From NCBI GenBank assembly GCA_965368975.1, contig CBDUPA010000003.1:256001-320000 (forward strand): 64,000 nucleotides of DNA, in the 5' to 3' direction. Each line of letters begins with the position of its first letter. Position 1 is the first letter of the stretch. A program made the translations under genes and the position numbers. The notes under the pieces were generated by a model. It was given only the letters and a program-made list of their open reading frames with translations, searched no databases and was not told where the DNA came from. Shown one piece after another: positions 9,609 to 18,475 of the stretch. The stretch comes from an uncultured bacterium. Lineage in GTDB: Bacteria; Acidobacteriota; Thermoanaerobaculia; Multivoradales; JAHZIX01.

Positions 9609-10775
9609 GTGCTCGACCGCGTGGAAGTTTCGGCCCCTGGCAAGCTGATCCTGATGGGAGAGCACGCTGTGGTCTACGGTCAGCCGGCACTGGTGGCCGC
9701 AGTTGACTTGCGGCTTCAGGTCCGTCTGCGCCGCGCTCCGGAGGTCCGTGGCTTGCGCCTGTCCTTGCCCGACCTCGATCCTCCGGGCGATGCTGCTGGC
9801 CTCGAGGCTGCCGTGCCGTGGAGGCAAATCGACACCGAGACGCGGCAGGCCGCGGAGCGCTGGCAACGTTGGTACGACGCGGCGGGCGCGCTGCCGTTCG
9901 ACGCGGCAGGCGGCGTGCGTGCGGTACGCCTGGCGGTCGGAGAGGCACGCGCCGCGGCTGAACGGCTGGGGCTCCGGGTACCCGAGGACGTCGGCGCCGA
10001 GCTGGAAATCCGGTCCGAGCTTCCGGTGGGGGCCGGTTTTGGTAGCTCGGCGGCGATGGCGGTGGCGATTGTCCTGGCGTGGTGGCGGTGGTGGGGCATC
10101 GAGGTCGAGGCTCGCGACCAGTCGGACTTGCGCGCCGAAGTGCAGCGCACGGCGTTGGAGATCGAACGGCGACAGCATGGCACGCCATCGGGCGTCGATA
10201 CCGCGGCGGTCTTGCACGGTGGTCTGCTCTGGGCACGGCGGCGCCAGGATGGCAGCGTCGAGATGGAGCTTCTGGAGCCAGCCCACGATGGGCTGCGCGA
10301 ATTGTGCGTCTTCCATAGCGGCACGCCTGCCGAGACCACCGGCGAAGTCGTGGCGGCGGTGCGCGCGCGACGCCGGCAGCGCCCGACACAGGTGGACGCG
10401 GCTCTCGACGAACTCGGAAGCGCGGCGCATGCGCTGCGAGCGTACCTGACGCAGCAGGATGCCCCGCGCGCCGACCTGCTGGCGGCCGTCCGGCACGCGG
10501 AAGCCCGGCTCGAGACACTCGGTGTGGTGCCCGAGCCGGTGCGTCGGCGGTTCCGGCAGCTGGAGGCCGCGGGCGGTGCCGGCAAGATCTCGGGGGCGGG
10601 TGCGCTCAGCGGTGAGGCTGCGGGTTGCGTCCTGGCCGTGCCCCCCTCAGAGGCTGTCGCAGGGACTCGACCACCGGCAACGAGCGAACCTCTGCCGGGG
10701 CTGGACGGGCTGAGTCGTCTCTACGTGGGCCTGGGCGGCACAGGGGCGCTTTCGGCAACGGCTACTTTGGGCTAA
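9609..10775 (+). CDS. mvk: mevalonate kinase (GHMP kinase)
   Basis: APGKLILMGEHAVVYG, PVGAGFGSSAA, HGTPSGVD, KISGAG; GTG start 13 bp after the prenyl synthase. Confidence 0.88.
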   Translation: MLDRVEVSAPGKLILMGEHAVVYGQPALVAAVDLRLQVRLRRAPEVRGLRLSLPDLDPPGDAAGLEAAVPWRQIDTETRQAAERWQRWYDAAGALPFDAAGGVRAVRLAVGEARAAAERLGLRVPEDVGAELEIRSELPVGAGFGSSAAMAVAIVLAWWRWWGIEVEARDQSDLRAEVQRTALEIERRQHGTPSGVDTAAVLHGGLLWARRRQDGSVEMELLEPAHDGLRELCVFHSGTPAETTGEVVAAVRARRRQRPTQVDAALDELGSAAHALRAYLTQQDAPRADLLAAVRHAEARLETLGVVPEPVRRRFRQLEAAGGAGKISGAGALSGEAAGCVLAVPPSEAVAGTRPPATSEPLPGLDGLSRLYVGLGGTGALSATATLG

Positions 10776-10785
10776 GATTCTGCGC

Positions 10786-11556
10786 GTGAACGAATCTTCC
10801 ACGTCTCTACGCGTTTCCCGGCTGACCAAGAACTTCGACACCGCGGCGGGCTCCGTCGAGGTGTTGCGCGGGGTCGACCTGCACGTCGACGGTGGTGAAG
10901 CAGTCGTGATCCTGGGCCCGTCCGGCTCCGGCAAGAGCACGCTGCTGCATGTCGTCGGGACGCTCGACCGACCGACCACCGGCCGCGTCGAAATCGACGG
11001 TCGGGATCCCTTCTCGCTCGACGAGGAGGAGCTGGCGCGTTTCCGCAACCACAGCGTCGGTTTCGTCTTCCAAGATCACTACCTGCTGCCGCAGTACTCC
11101 GTGCTCGAGAACGTCGTGCTGCCGAGCCTGGCGTTTCCGTCCGAAGAGGCCGGCCAAGCACCGTTCCGAGCACGCCAGCTGCTCGATCGTGTCGGTCTGT
11201 CGCATCGCCTCGATCACCGGCCGTCGCAGCTCTCGGGCGGCGAGCGGCAGCGCGTCGCGATCGTCCGGGCTCTGCTGCACAGTCCGAGTCTGCTGTTGTG
11301 CGACGAGCCGACCGGCAATCTGGACAGCGAGACCGCGGCGATCGTCACCGAGATGCTGTTCGAGCTGCACCGCGACATGGGCAATATCCTGCTGGTGATC
11401 ACCCACAGCCTGGATCTGGCCGCGCACTTCGAGCGGCGCCTAGTTCTAACCGACGGGCAGCTGAGTGACGCGCGTTCCAGTGATCGGCATCCGAGTGATG
11501 GGCGCCCTGGCGAAGACGAGACGAGCGCGGTGCCGGCGGACGGCCGGTCGTCATGA
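10786..11556 (+). CDS. ABC transporter ATP-binding protein (LolD/MacB-like)
   Basis: GPSGSGKST, GFVFQ, LSGGERQR, LLLCDEPTGNLD. Confidence 0.95.
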   Translation: MNESSTSLRVSRLTKNFDTAAGSVEVLRGVDLHVDGGEAVVILGPSGSGKSTLLHVVGTLDRPTTGRVEIDGRDPFSLDEEELARFRNHSVGFVFQDHYLLPQYSVLENVVLPSLAFPSEEAGQAPFRARQLLDRVGLSHRLDHRPSQLSGGERQRVAIVRALLHSPSLLLCDEPTGNLDSETAAIVTEMLFELHRDMGNILLVITHSLDLAAHFERRLVLTDGQLSDARSSDRHPSDGRPGEDETSAVPADGRSS

Positions 11557-14500
11557 GACAGAGCCTGGCTTTTTTCTGGCGCCGCCACCTGGCGGTCGCG
11601 GTCGGTGCGGCACTCGCGTGTGCCGTCCTCACCGGAGCCTTGATCGTCGGTGATTCGGTACGCGGTAGTCTGCGCGCACTGGCGCTGCAGCGGTTGGGTG
11701 GGGTCGAGGCAGCGGTGGTCACCGAGGGTTTCTTCCGCGCTGCGCTCGCCAATGAGATCGGCAGCCAGCTGTCTGTCGCTCCGGACGCTGAGTTGGCCCA
11801 ACTGCGCGCGGTGCCGCTGCTACTGCTGCCAGCGAGCGCGGTGCACGTCAGCAGCGGTAGCCGTGCCGCCAACGTCACGCTGCATGGCGTCGACGAACGC
11901 TTTCTAGGTCTCTATCGGACCGATTCCGGCGAGACTCCCAGCGCGCTGGACGAGGCGTGGAGCTTCGACCCGCCAGAGGGCATCGGCCGTCTGTTTCCGC
12001 CGGTGCGACTGAACGAGAGCCTGCAGCGTGAACTGGGCGCCGAGGTCGGCGATCCGCTGCTGCTCAGCTTCCGCCGGGCCACCACCGTGCCACGCTCGTC
12101 GCTGCTCGGGCGCCGTGACGCGCGCGAGGTGGTGCAGACAATCCGCTTGACGTTCATCGGCACGGTGCCAGACGCCGGTGCAGGCAGCTTTCATCTGGCA
12201 CCCGACCAGAGCGTGCCGCGCAACGCCTTCGTCCACCTGCCGGATCTGCAGCGTTCCTTGCGCAGGCCGCAGCGGGTGAATGCACTGCTGGTCGGTGCGG
12301 CGACGCGGGCGGGTGTCGCCGAGGCCCTGGACGCCGAACGTCTGCGTCCGGTTACCACGGCTCTGCGCGCGAACCTGCGACTGGAAGACCTCGGTCTGCG
12401 TCTCGAGGTCTCGCCACCAGCAGCAGAGGCGCCAGAAGCTCCGACGACCGGAACCGTTCTACTGTCGAGCGAGCGCTACATCCTGCGCGATGTCACGGTC
12501 GACACGGCGCGTGCGATCGCCGATGACCTGGGAGCCGCCCACCGTGCTTATCTGACCTATCTCGCCAACCGCGTCGAGACCGTGGACGGCGGTTCCTCGG
12601 AAGGTAGCATCGTGCCGTACTCGATGGTCACCGCGCTCGGCCCGGTGCAGGGGGCGGCAGAGGGTGGAGACGCCGGGCGTGCGGCGCTGGGGACCCTGGT
12701 CGACGCGGCGGGTGTCGAGGTACCCGTGCCCGGAGATGGGGAGATCCTGCTCAGCACGTGGACGCAGGAGGATCTGTCCGCGACTGCTGGCGATGCGGTC
12801 GATCTGAGCTACTTCGTGGTCGACGAGGCCGAGCAGCTGCAAGAGCAGAGTGCGCGACTGCGGCTGGGTGGGTTCGTGGCGCAGCGCAGTCTCGGTGCTG
12901 ACCGCTCGCTGACCCCCGACTATCAGGGCATCACCGACAGCCCGACCATCGCCGGCTGGGATCCACCGTTTCCCGTCGACCTGTCGCTGATTCGCCCGCG
13001 CGACGAGGACTACTGGCGTGACTACCGCGGTACGCCCAAGGCCTTCGTCTCGCTGGCCACCGGCAAGCAGCTGTGGACGTCGCGATTCGGGGGGCACACC
13101 GGTGTCGTGCTGGCACCGAGCCAGGGTGACGCCGCCCAGCTCGCCGTCGACCTCGAGGCGCGGCTACGTGCGGCGTTGCCGCTCGGCGCCTTCGGTCTGC
13201 AGCCGCAGGCCGTGCGTGTGCAGGCCCTCGACGCGGCGCGCGGTGCCAACGATTTCGCCGGGTTGTTCGTTGGCTTCAGCTGGTTCCTGATCGTCGCAGC
13301 GGTGCTGCTCGTGGTCATGCTCTTCGGCCTCGGCGTCGAGCAGAGGGCCAAGGAAGTCGGCTTGCTGCGCGCTGTCGGTTTCTCGGAAGCCTCGGTGCGG
13401 CGCCGCTTCCTGGGTGAGGCCTCGGTGCTGGCGGCCGCAGGGGCAGCCTTCGGCGTGCTCGGGGCGATCGGCTATGGCGGCCTGATGATGGCTGGCTTGC
13501 GCACGTGGTGGCGGGCCGCGGTCGGCTCGTCGCAGCTTTACTTGCACATCGAGCCTTGGACCCTGGTGCTCGGCTTCGTGCTGTCATTGCTGGTCACCCT
13601 GGGCGCCGTGTTCCTGTACTTGCGCCGGCTGCGCCGGGTGTCGGCCCCGGCTTTGCTCGGGGGCTCGGTGTCACCGCCCGCGACCGCCGAGGAGCAACCC
13701 TCGCGGCGCCTACGCTGGACCGCCTGGCTGGCTGGGCTCGGGGCGCTGGCACTCTTCACCTTCGCCTTGCTGGGCGATGCCGAGGCCTCCGCACCACTGT
13801 TCTTCGGCGTCGGTACGCTGGTGCTGATCGCGGGGCTGTGCGCCTTTGCTTTGTGGTGCCGCGGTGCTGGCGGTGGTTTCGGTGTTCTGGCCAGCGATGG
13901 TCGTGGCCGCCACGGCATTGCCCACCTCGGTATTGCCCACCTCAGCATGGCCCTGCGCAACAGTGCTCGCAACCCGGGCCGCAGCATTCTGAGCGTCGTG
14001 CTGGTGGCCTCGGCATGCTTCGTGATCGTGACGGTCGCGGCGATGCGCCGCCAGCCGGGCGACGAGCTACTGCGTAAGGACTCCGGTGCCGGTGGCCTGA
14101 CGCTGGTGGCGCAGTCCGAGGTGCCACTGTTCCATTCCCTGGCCGAGGCGGAGGGGCGCTTCGAGTTGGGCGTCGCCGAGGAGGCGGGCGAGATTCTCGA
14201 CGACACTGAGATCTATGCCGTGCGCCGCTTGCCCGGCGAAGACGCCAGCTGTCTCAACCTCTACCAGCCGACGCGTCCACACGTGCTCGGTGTACCGCCG
14301 GCCTTCGTCGAGCGCGGTGGATTCAGCTTCGCAGCGGTCGACGATAGCGTCGAGCTACCGGAGGCAGGTAATCCGTGGAGCTTGCTCGACGCCGAAGTGC
14401 CGCCCGCCCCCAGCACCGACGTCCCGGTCATCCCAGCCATTGCCGATGCCGAGACTGCGCAGTGGATCTTGAAGCTGCCCCTGGGTGAGGACCTAGTGTA

Positions 14501-15143
14501 CGAGGACGACTTCGGGCGCCGTGTGCACGTGCGTCTAGTGGCCCTGCTGCGCAGCAGCATCTTCCAGAGCGAGGTGCTGGTGAGTGAGGCGGCGCTGCTG
14601 CGTCACTTCCCGAGCGTCGAAGGGCATAGCTTCTTCCTGCTGCGACCGCCACTCGAGCGACAAGACGAGGTGCAGCGGACGCTGGAGGCGGAACTCGGCC
14701 CCTTCGGTTTCGATGTCACTACCACCGCCGACCGCCTGGCAGCCTACAAGGCGGTACAGAACACCTACCTCTCGACCTTCCAGACCTTAGGTGGCCTCGG
14801 CCTACTGCTGGGCACCCTGGGCCTCGGCGTGGTACTGGTGCGCAATGTCGTCGAGCGGCGCAGCGAGCTGGCCTTGCTGCGTGCCTTCGGCTTCCGTCGC
14901 CGCTTGCTACGCCGCTTGGTGCTGATCGAGAATGTCTTTCTCTTGCTACTCGGCGTCGCGCTGGGAACGATTGCCGCCATGATCGCGTCGGCGCCCTACC
15001 TGCTTTCCGGTGCGACGCAGATACCCTGGACCTCGCTCGGTCTGACGCTGGGCGCGGTCGTCACAGTCGGCACCCTCGCTTGCCTGGTCGCCTCGTCGCG
15101 GGCGCTGCGCAGCGAGTTGCTACCCGCGCTACGCGGCCTCTGA
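11553..15143 (+). CDS. large FtsX/MacB-like ABC permease (two FtsX halves)
   Basis: ATGA overlap with the ATPase; EQRAKEVGLLRAVGF and ERRSELALLRAFGF motifs; large periplasmic domains. Confidence 0.9.
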   Translation: MRQSLAFFWRRHLAVAVGAALACAVLTGALIVGDSVRGSLRALALQRLGGVEAAVVTEGFFRAALANEIGSQLSVAPDAELAQLRAVPLLLLPASAVHVSSGSRAANVTLHGVDERFLGLYRTDSGETPSALDEAWSFDPPEGIGRLFPPVRLNESLQRELGAEVGDPLLLSFRRATTVPRSSLLGRRDAREVVQTIRLTFIGTVPDAGAGSFHLAPDQSVPRNAFVHLPDLQRSLRRPQRVNALLVGAATRAGVAEALDAERLRPVTTALRANLRLEDLGLRLEVSPPAAEAPEAPTTGTVLLSSERYILRDVTVDTARAIADDLGAAHRAYLTYLANRVETVDGGSSEGSIVPYSMVTALGPVQGAAEGGDAGRAALGTLVDAAGVEVPVPGDGEILLSTWTQEDLSATAGDAVDLSYFVVDEAEQLQEQSARLRLGGFVAQRSLGADRSLTPDYQGITDSPTIAGWDPPFPVDLSLIRPRDEDYWRDYRGTPKAFVSLATGKQLWTSRFGGHTGVVLAPSQGDAAQLAVDLEARLRAALPLGAFGLQPQAVRVQALDAARGANDFAGLFVGFSWFLIVAAVLLVVMLFGLGVEQRAKEVGLLRAVGFSEASVRRRFLGEASVLAAAGAAFGVLGAIGYGGLMMAGLRTWWRAAVGSSQLYLHIEPWTLVLGFVLSLLVTLGAVFLYLRRLRRVSAPALLGGSVSPPATAEEQPSRRLRWTAWLAGLGALALFTFALLGDAEASAPLFFGVGTLVLIAGLCAFALWCRGAGGGFGVLASDGRGRHGIAHLGIAHLSMALRNSARNPGRSILSVVLVASACFVIVTVAAMRRQPGDELLRKDSGAGGLTLVAQSEVPLFHSLAEAEGRFELGVAEEAGEILDDTEIYAVRRLPGEDASCLNLYQPTRPHVLGVPPAFVERGGFSFAAVDDSVELPEAGNPWSLLDAEVPPAPSTDVPVIPAIADAETAQWILKLPLGEDLVYEDDFGRRVHVRLVALLRSSIFQSEVLVSEAALLRHFPSVEGHSFFLLRPPLERQDEVQRTLEAELGPFGFDVTTTADRLAAYKAVQNTYLSTFQTLGGLGLLLGTLGLGVVLVRNVVERRSELALLRAFGFRRRLLRRLVLIENVFLLLLGVALGTIAAMIASAPYLLSGATQIPWTSLGLTLGAVVTVGTLACLVASSRALRSELLPALRGL

Positions 15144-15176
15144 AGCACCGCCCCGAGAAGATGGGAGATCCACAGA

Positions 15177-16379
15177 ATGAAGCAGCCTGATACCTTCGCC
15201 TCGACGGCCTTCCGCATGCCCACGCGCGTGCACATCGAAAGTGGCTGCCTGGCCCGGCTGCCGACGCTGGTGCAGGAAACGCTCGCCGAGGTACAGCTCG
15301 AGACGGCACCAAAGACGCGCATCGGTAGCGGCGTCATGCTGGTTCTCGATCCCGGCCTCGGCCAGACGCCCTGGCCGGAACGGGTGACCCAGGATCTCGA
15401 GGCTGCCGGTTGCCGGCTCAGTCGTTTCGATGCCGTCGAGCCGAATCCACGCGCGGCCACGGCCGAGGCGATCGCCGAGCAGATGCGCGCCGATGGCTGC
15501 ACCTTGGTGGTCGGCCTGGGAGGCGGCAGTGTCCTCGACGCGGCCAAGGCTGCAGCACTCCTCGCCGGCAACGGCGGCCGCTGCCTCGACTACGAGGGCA
15601 AGGACCAGGCGCCATCGCCATCGCTGCCCATGATCGCGGTGCCCACCACTTGTGGCACCGGCTCGGAGGTCACCTGGGTCTCGGTGATTTCGGTGCCCGA
15701 GCGTCAGAGCAAGATCAGTATCAAGGGCGAGAGCATGTTCCCGCGCCACGCGGTGGTCGATGCTGACCTGATCGCTACGCTGCCGCCGGCACTGATCGCC
15801 AGTACCTCGCTCGACGCGCTGACCCATGCCCTGGAAGCGCTGACGGTTCGCCAGGCCAACCGTGTTTCCGACGCCCTCGCCGAGCGCGCGGTCGGCTTGA
15901 TCCTGACCTACTTGCGACGAGCCGTTGCCGACCCGGCGGGAGATCGCGAAGCCCGCGAGGCGGTGATGACCGCCTCGACCCTCGCCGGTCTAGCCTTCGG
16001 CAATGCCGACGTTGGCGCGGTCCACTGCCTGTCCGAAGCACTGGGCGGTCTCTACGACGTGCCGCACGGGCTGGCCAACGCGCTGTTGTTGGTGCCCGTC
16101 CTGCGGGATCACGGTAGCGCGGTCGCGACGCCGCTGGCAGCCGTGTCCCGGAGAGTGCTACAGTCCCGGGCGGCGGATGCGCCCGCCGCGGCAGAGTTGC
16201 TGGATGCGGTCAGTGATCTGGTCGACGCTCTCGACTTGCCGGCCTTCGCCGATTTTGGCGTCCCGGCCACGGACCACACACGCATCGCGCAACTCGCCGA
16301 AGCCAACGGTTCGAACGCCTCGAACCCACGGCCGATGGTGGCGGCAGACTACCGGCGCATCCTCTCCACCTTGAGCTGA
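15177..16379 (+). CDS. iron-containing alcohol dehydrogenase
   Basis: VEPNP, GGGSVLD, PTTCGTGSE, DALTHALE, VPHG. Confidence 0.93.
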   Translation: MKQPDTFASTAFRMPTRVHIESGCLARLPTLVQETLAEVQLETAPKTRIGSGVMLVLDPGLGQTPWPERVTQDLEAAGCRLSRFDAVEPNPRAATAEAIAEQMRADGCTLVVGLGGGSVLDAAKAAALLAGNGGRCLDYEGKDQAPSPSLPMIAVPTTCGTGSEVTWVSVISVPERQSKISIKGESMFPRHAVVDADLIATLPPALIASTSLDALTHALEALTVRQANRVSDALAERAVGLILTYLRRAVADPAGDREAREAVMTASTLAGLAFGNADVGAVHCLSEALGGLYDVPHGLANALLLVPVLRDHGSAVATPLAAVSRRVLQSRAADAPAAAELLDAVSDLVDALDLPAFADFGVPATDHTRIAQLAEANGSNASNPRPMVAADYRRILSTLS

Positions 16380-16428
16380 ATGTCTTGTTCCATGCAGAGA
16401 GTTACGCAGACTTTGGAAGGAGGCAGGT

Positions 16429-16677
16429 ATGAAGATTGAGATTCGTCACTGTGTGTCTTGAGGGTTCCGACCCAAAGCGGCGAGGCTCGCCGCTCTGATT
16501 CAGAAGGAACTCGGTTTGGGCAGTGACCTGGTACCGGGAGCACCCGGGCAGCTCGAGGTCTATGCCGATGGCGAGCGGATCGAAGCGAGGCCAGAAGGTT
16601 TCTGGAACCGCCTGCTCAGCGCCGGACGTCCCGACGAGGGCAAGCTGCTGGCGCAGCTGCGGACTCGCCTCGACTGA
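16429..16677 (+). CDS. SelW/SelT/SelH (Rdx) family selenoprotein, 82 aa, in-frame TGA 16459-16461 read as Sec
   Basis: Manual translation MKIEIRHCVS-U-GFRPKAARLAALIQKELGLGSDLVPGAPGQLEVYADGERIE...RPDEGKLLAQLRTRLD; CxxU plus G.G.(F/L)EV..DG Rdx signature; SD AAGGAGG; not in the ORF track. Confidence 0.85.
16476..16494 (+). promoter_or_regulatory. putative bacterial SECIS hairpin
   Basis: AGCGGCGAG-G-CTCGCCGCT perfect inverted repeat starting 15 nt after the TGA, with G-containing apex. Confidence 0.7.
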
Positions 16678-16704
16678 CCGGTCCAGGACTGCAAGATCGC
16701 CTCG

Positions 16705-18339
16705 CTAGTGGGGCACCTGAGGTGCCGGCCGTGCCGCCACGGGGGCTCGCAGGAGCAAGCCCCCACGTGAGGTCTCGACCTCGATCGGGATGAGTGCGTC
16801 CGGACCCGTTCTGGGGGCACCAACCGGGGCTGAATGCTTCTGGGTTGGGCGACCCGGCACTTGGTACGTCAAGCGCACACGCCGCCGCAGGCTGGCGAGC
16901 GCTTGCTGCAAGTGTCCGGGCGTCGCCACCACCCAGCCGGCGCTCAGATCGGCCGCCAACTCAGCCACTGGCCATGGATCGAAGCGCTCGGCGTAGGCGG
17001 CGGAGGTGACCTCAGCCTCTGCACCTCCCGTCGCCGCACCGCGCCGTGCTGCCTCGGCCTCCAGGATCTGCGCATAGTCGCCGGCTTCGAGCGCCGCCGC
17101 GTCGTCTCCGGCGGCCTCGTACAGGGTCTCTAGCCGCCGGTAAGCGCGCGCCTGCAGCGCCGACGTGCGCGGGTCCCCCGCGTAGTGGAAGATCGCTCTT
17201 TCATAGGCTTCGACCGCATCGGCAGGCTTGCTCTGGCCTTCCAGGCTGTGGCCGAGGTCCAGGTAGGCGCTGGCCCGCTCTGGATCGCGGTCTTCTTCGT
17301 AGGTTGCACCGAGTCCGCGCAGGCGCCACTTGCCGAGTCGCCAGCCTCGGCGCAGACCGGCCCGGTCGTCGGGTGGAGGTGGTAGGAACGACAGCACGGT
17401 CCAGCCGTGCGCCGCCAGTGTGCGCAAGACCGGCTCGATGTGCTCGGTTGCGAAGTCGTTCAGGTCATCGTCCACTCTGCTACCCTCGCTGTCGAGGCCG
17501 GTCTGGGGCCCGTAGAGGTTGCCGTAGAAGTCGGAAGGATAGGCGTCGATACCTTGCCCCAGCCACAGTACCGCCCGCCGCGCTGTCGGTGGGTCGAGAT
17601 CCAGTAGGTAATCGCGAAAATTCTGTAGACTCTCATCGACCAACCGGGCTTCCTCGGTCCGGACGGCCGAGATCAGCTCCTCACGCGTCAGATCTTCGGC
17701 GTCCAGCTTGCGATTCAACTCCGGGTCACTCAGAACCTCCAACAACTCCCGCCGCAAAGCCAGGACCGGCAGCGAAGCGTCCCCCAAAGTCTGCTCGGCG
17801 AACAGCTCCAGCCGGGCAAGGGCACCCCCCAGCAGGTCCGACTCGCGGCCGGCGGCCAGTACGTGGGGCTGGGGATCGGCGAGAACGATGGAGACCGCGC
17901 CCAGGGCTAGGAGTTCTTCCAGTCTCGGTCCTAGTAGTCGTGCCGCCCACGCCAGTTCATCGGCCTGCAGTTGCCCCGCGTCGGCGTAGATCACCAGCTG
18001 CCAGGCTTCGGCCTGGTCACCCGGTGCTTCGAGGCCGACCACCGGCACCTCGATGCCATCGTAGAAAACGGTGAAGTCGTCAGGACGCAGCGTCTCGGGT
18101 AGGTCGCTCCCGGTGAACAGTGTCTGCTTGCGCGTCAGCTCGACGACCACATCGGCAGCGGTGACGGATGTCTTCCCGGAAAAGGTTGTCCCGGAGGAAG
18201 AAGCCTCCCCGGAGGGGGGTGCTTCGTCGGAGGCTGGCGGGGGAGAAGCAGCTCCTTGGGCCGGAACCTGCAAGGCCCACCATGCCAGCAGCAGGGGCAC
18301 CCAACCGAGCTTCCAGAGTCGACGTCCCGATCTGTGCAT
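16705..18339 (-). CDS. secreted hypothetical protein (VWFA-like acidobacterial architecture with a TPR insertion)
   Basis: Signal peptide, TFSGKTSVTAADVVV, LRPDDFTV.YDG, RAVLWLGQG, TPR-like YLDLGHSL, VRLTYQ..IEVE C-terminus; SD GAAAGGA before ATG 18339. Confidence 0.6.
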   Translation of the reverse strand: MHRSGRRLWKLGWVPLLLAWWALQVPAQGAASPPPASDEAPPSGEASSSGTTFSGKTSVTAADVVVELTRKQTLFTGSDLPETLRPDDFTVFYDGIEVPVVGLEAPGDQAEAWQLVIYADAGQLQADELAWAARLLGPRLEELLALGAVSIVLADPQPHVLAAGRESDLLGGALARLELFAEQTLGDASLPVLALRRELLEVLSDPELNRKLDAEDLTREELISAVRTEEARLVDESLQNFRDYLLDLDPPTARRAVLWLGQGIDAYPSDFYGNLYGPQTGLDSEGSRVDDDLNDFATEHIEPVLRTLAAHGWTVLSFLPPPPDDRAGLRRGWRLGKWRLRGLGATYEEDRDPERASAYLDLGHSLEGQSKPADAVEAYERAIFHYAGDPRTSALQARAYRRLETLYEAAGDDAAALEAGDYAQILEAEAARRGAATGGAEAEVTSAAYAERFDPWPVAELAADLSAGWVVATPGHLQQALASLRRRVRLTYQVPGRPTQKHSAPVGAPRTGPDALIPIEVETSRGGLLLRAPVAARPAPQVPH

Positions 18340-18475
18340 CCGTATCCGTCCTTTCGCTGTCAGGTTGGTTTCCTGCAATCCCTCGGTGGCTGCATATCGG
18401 AGGTGTCTCATCGGTGGCGGCTCCTCGTGGGGAGCCCATCGTTCAAGGTCCATCCTATGAGAGGATCCCGCCGGT

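Noticed and set aside
16349-16823. Short track ORFs 16349-16543(-), 16523-16708(+) and 16560-16823(-)
   Set aside because: Better explained by the overlapping TGA-readthrough selenoprotein gene.
18345-18460. Hairpin-containing leader superficially like a fluoride riboswitch
   Set aside because: Lacks the pairing and the CUGAUGAC consensus; the downstream gene is unrelated to fluoride.
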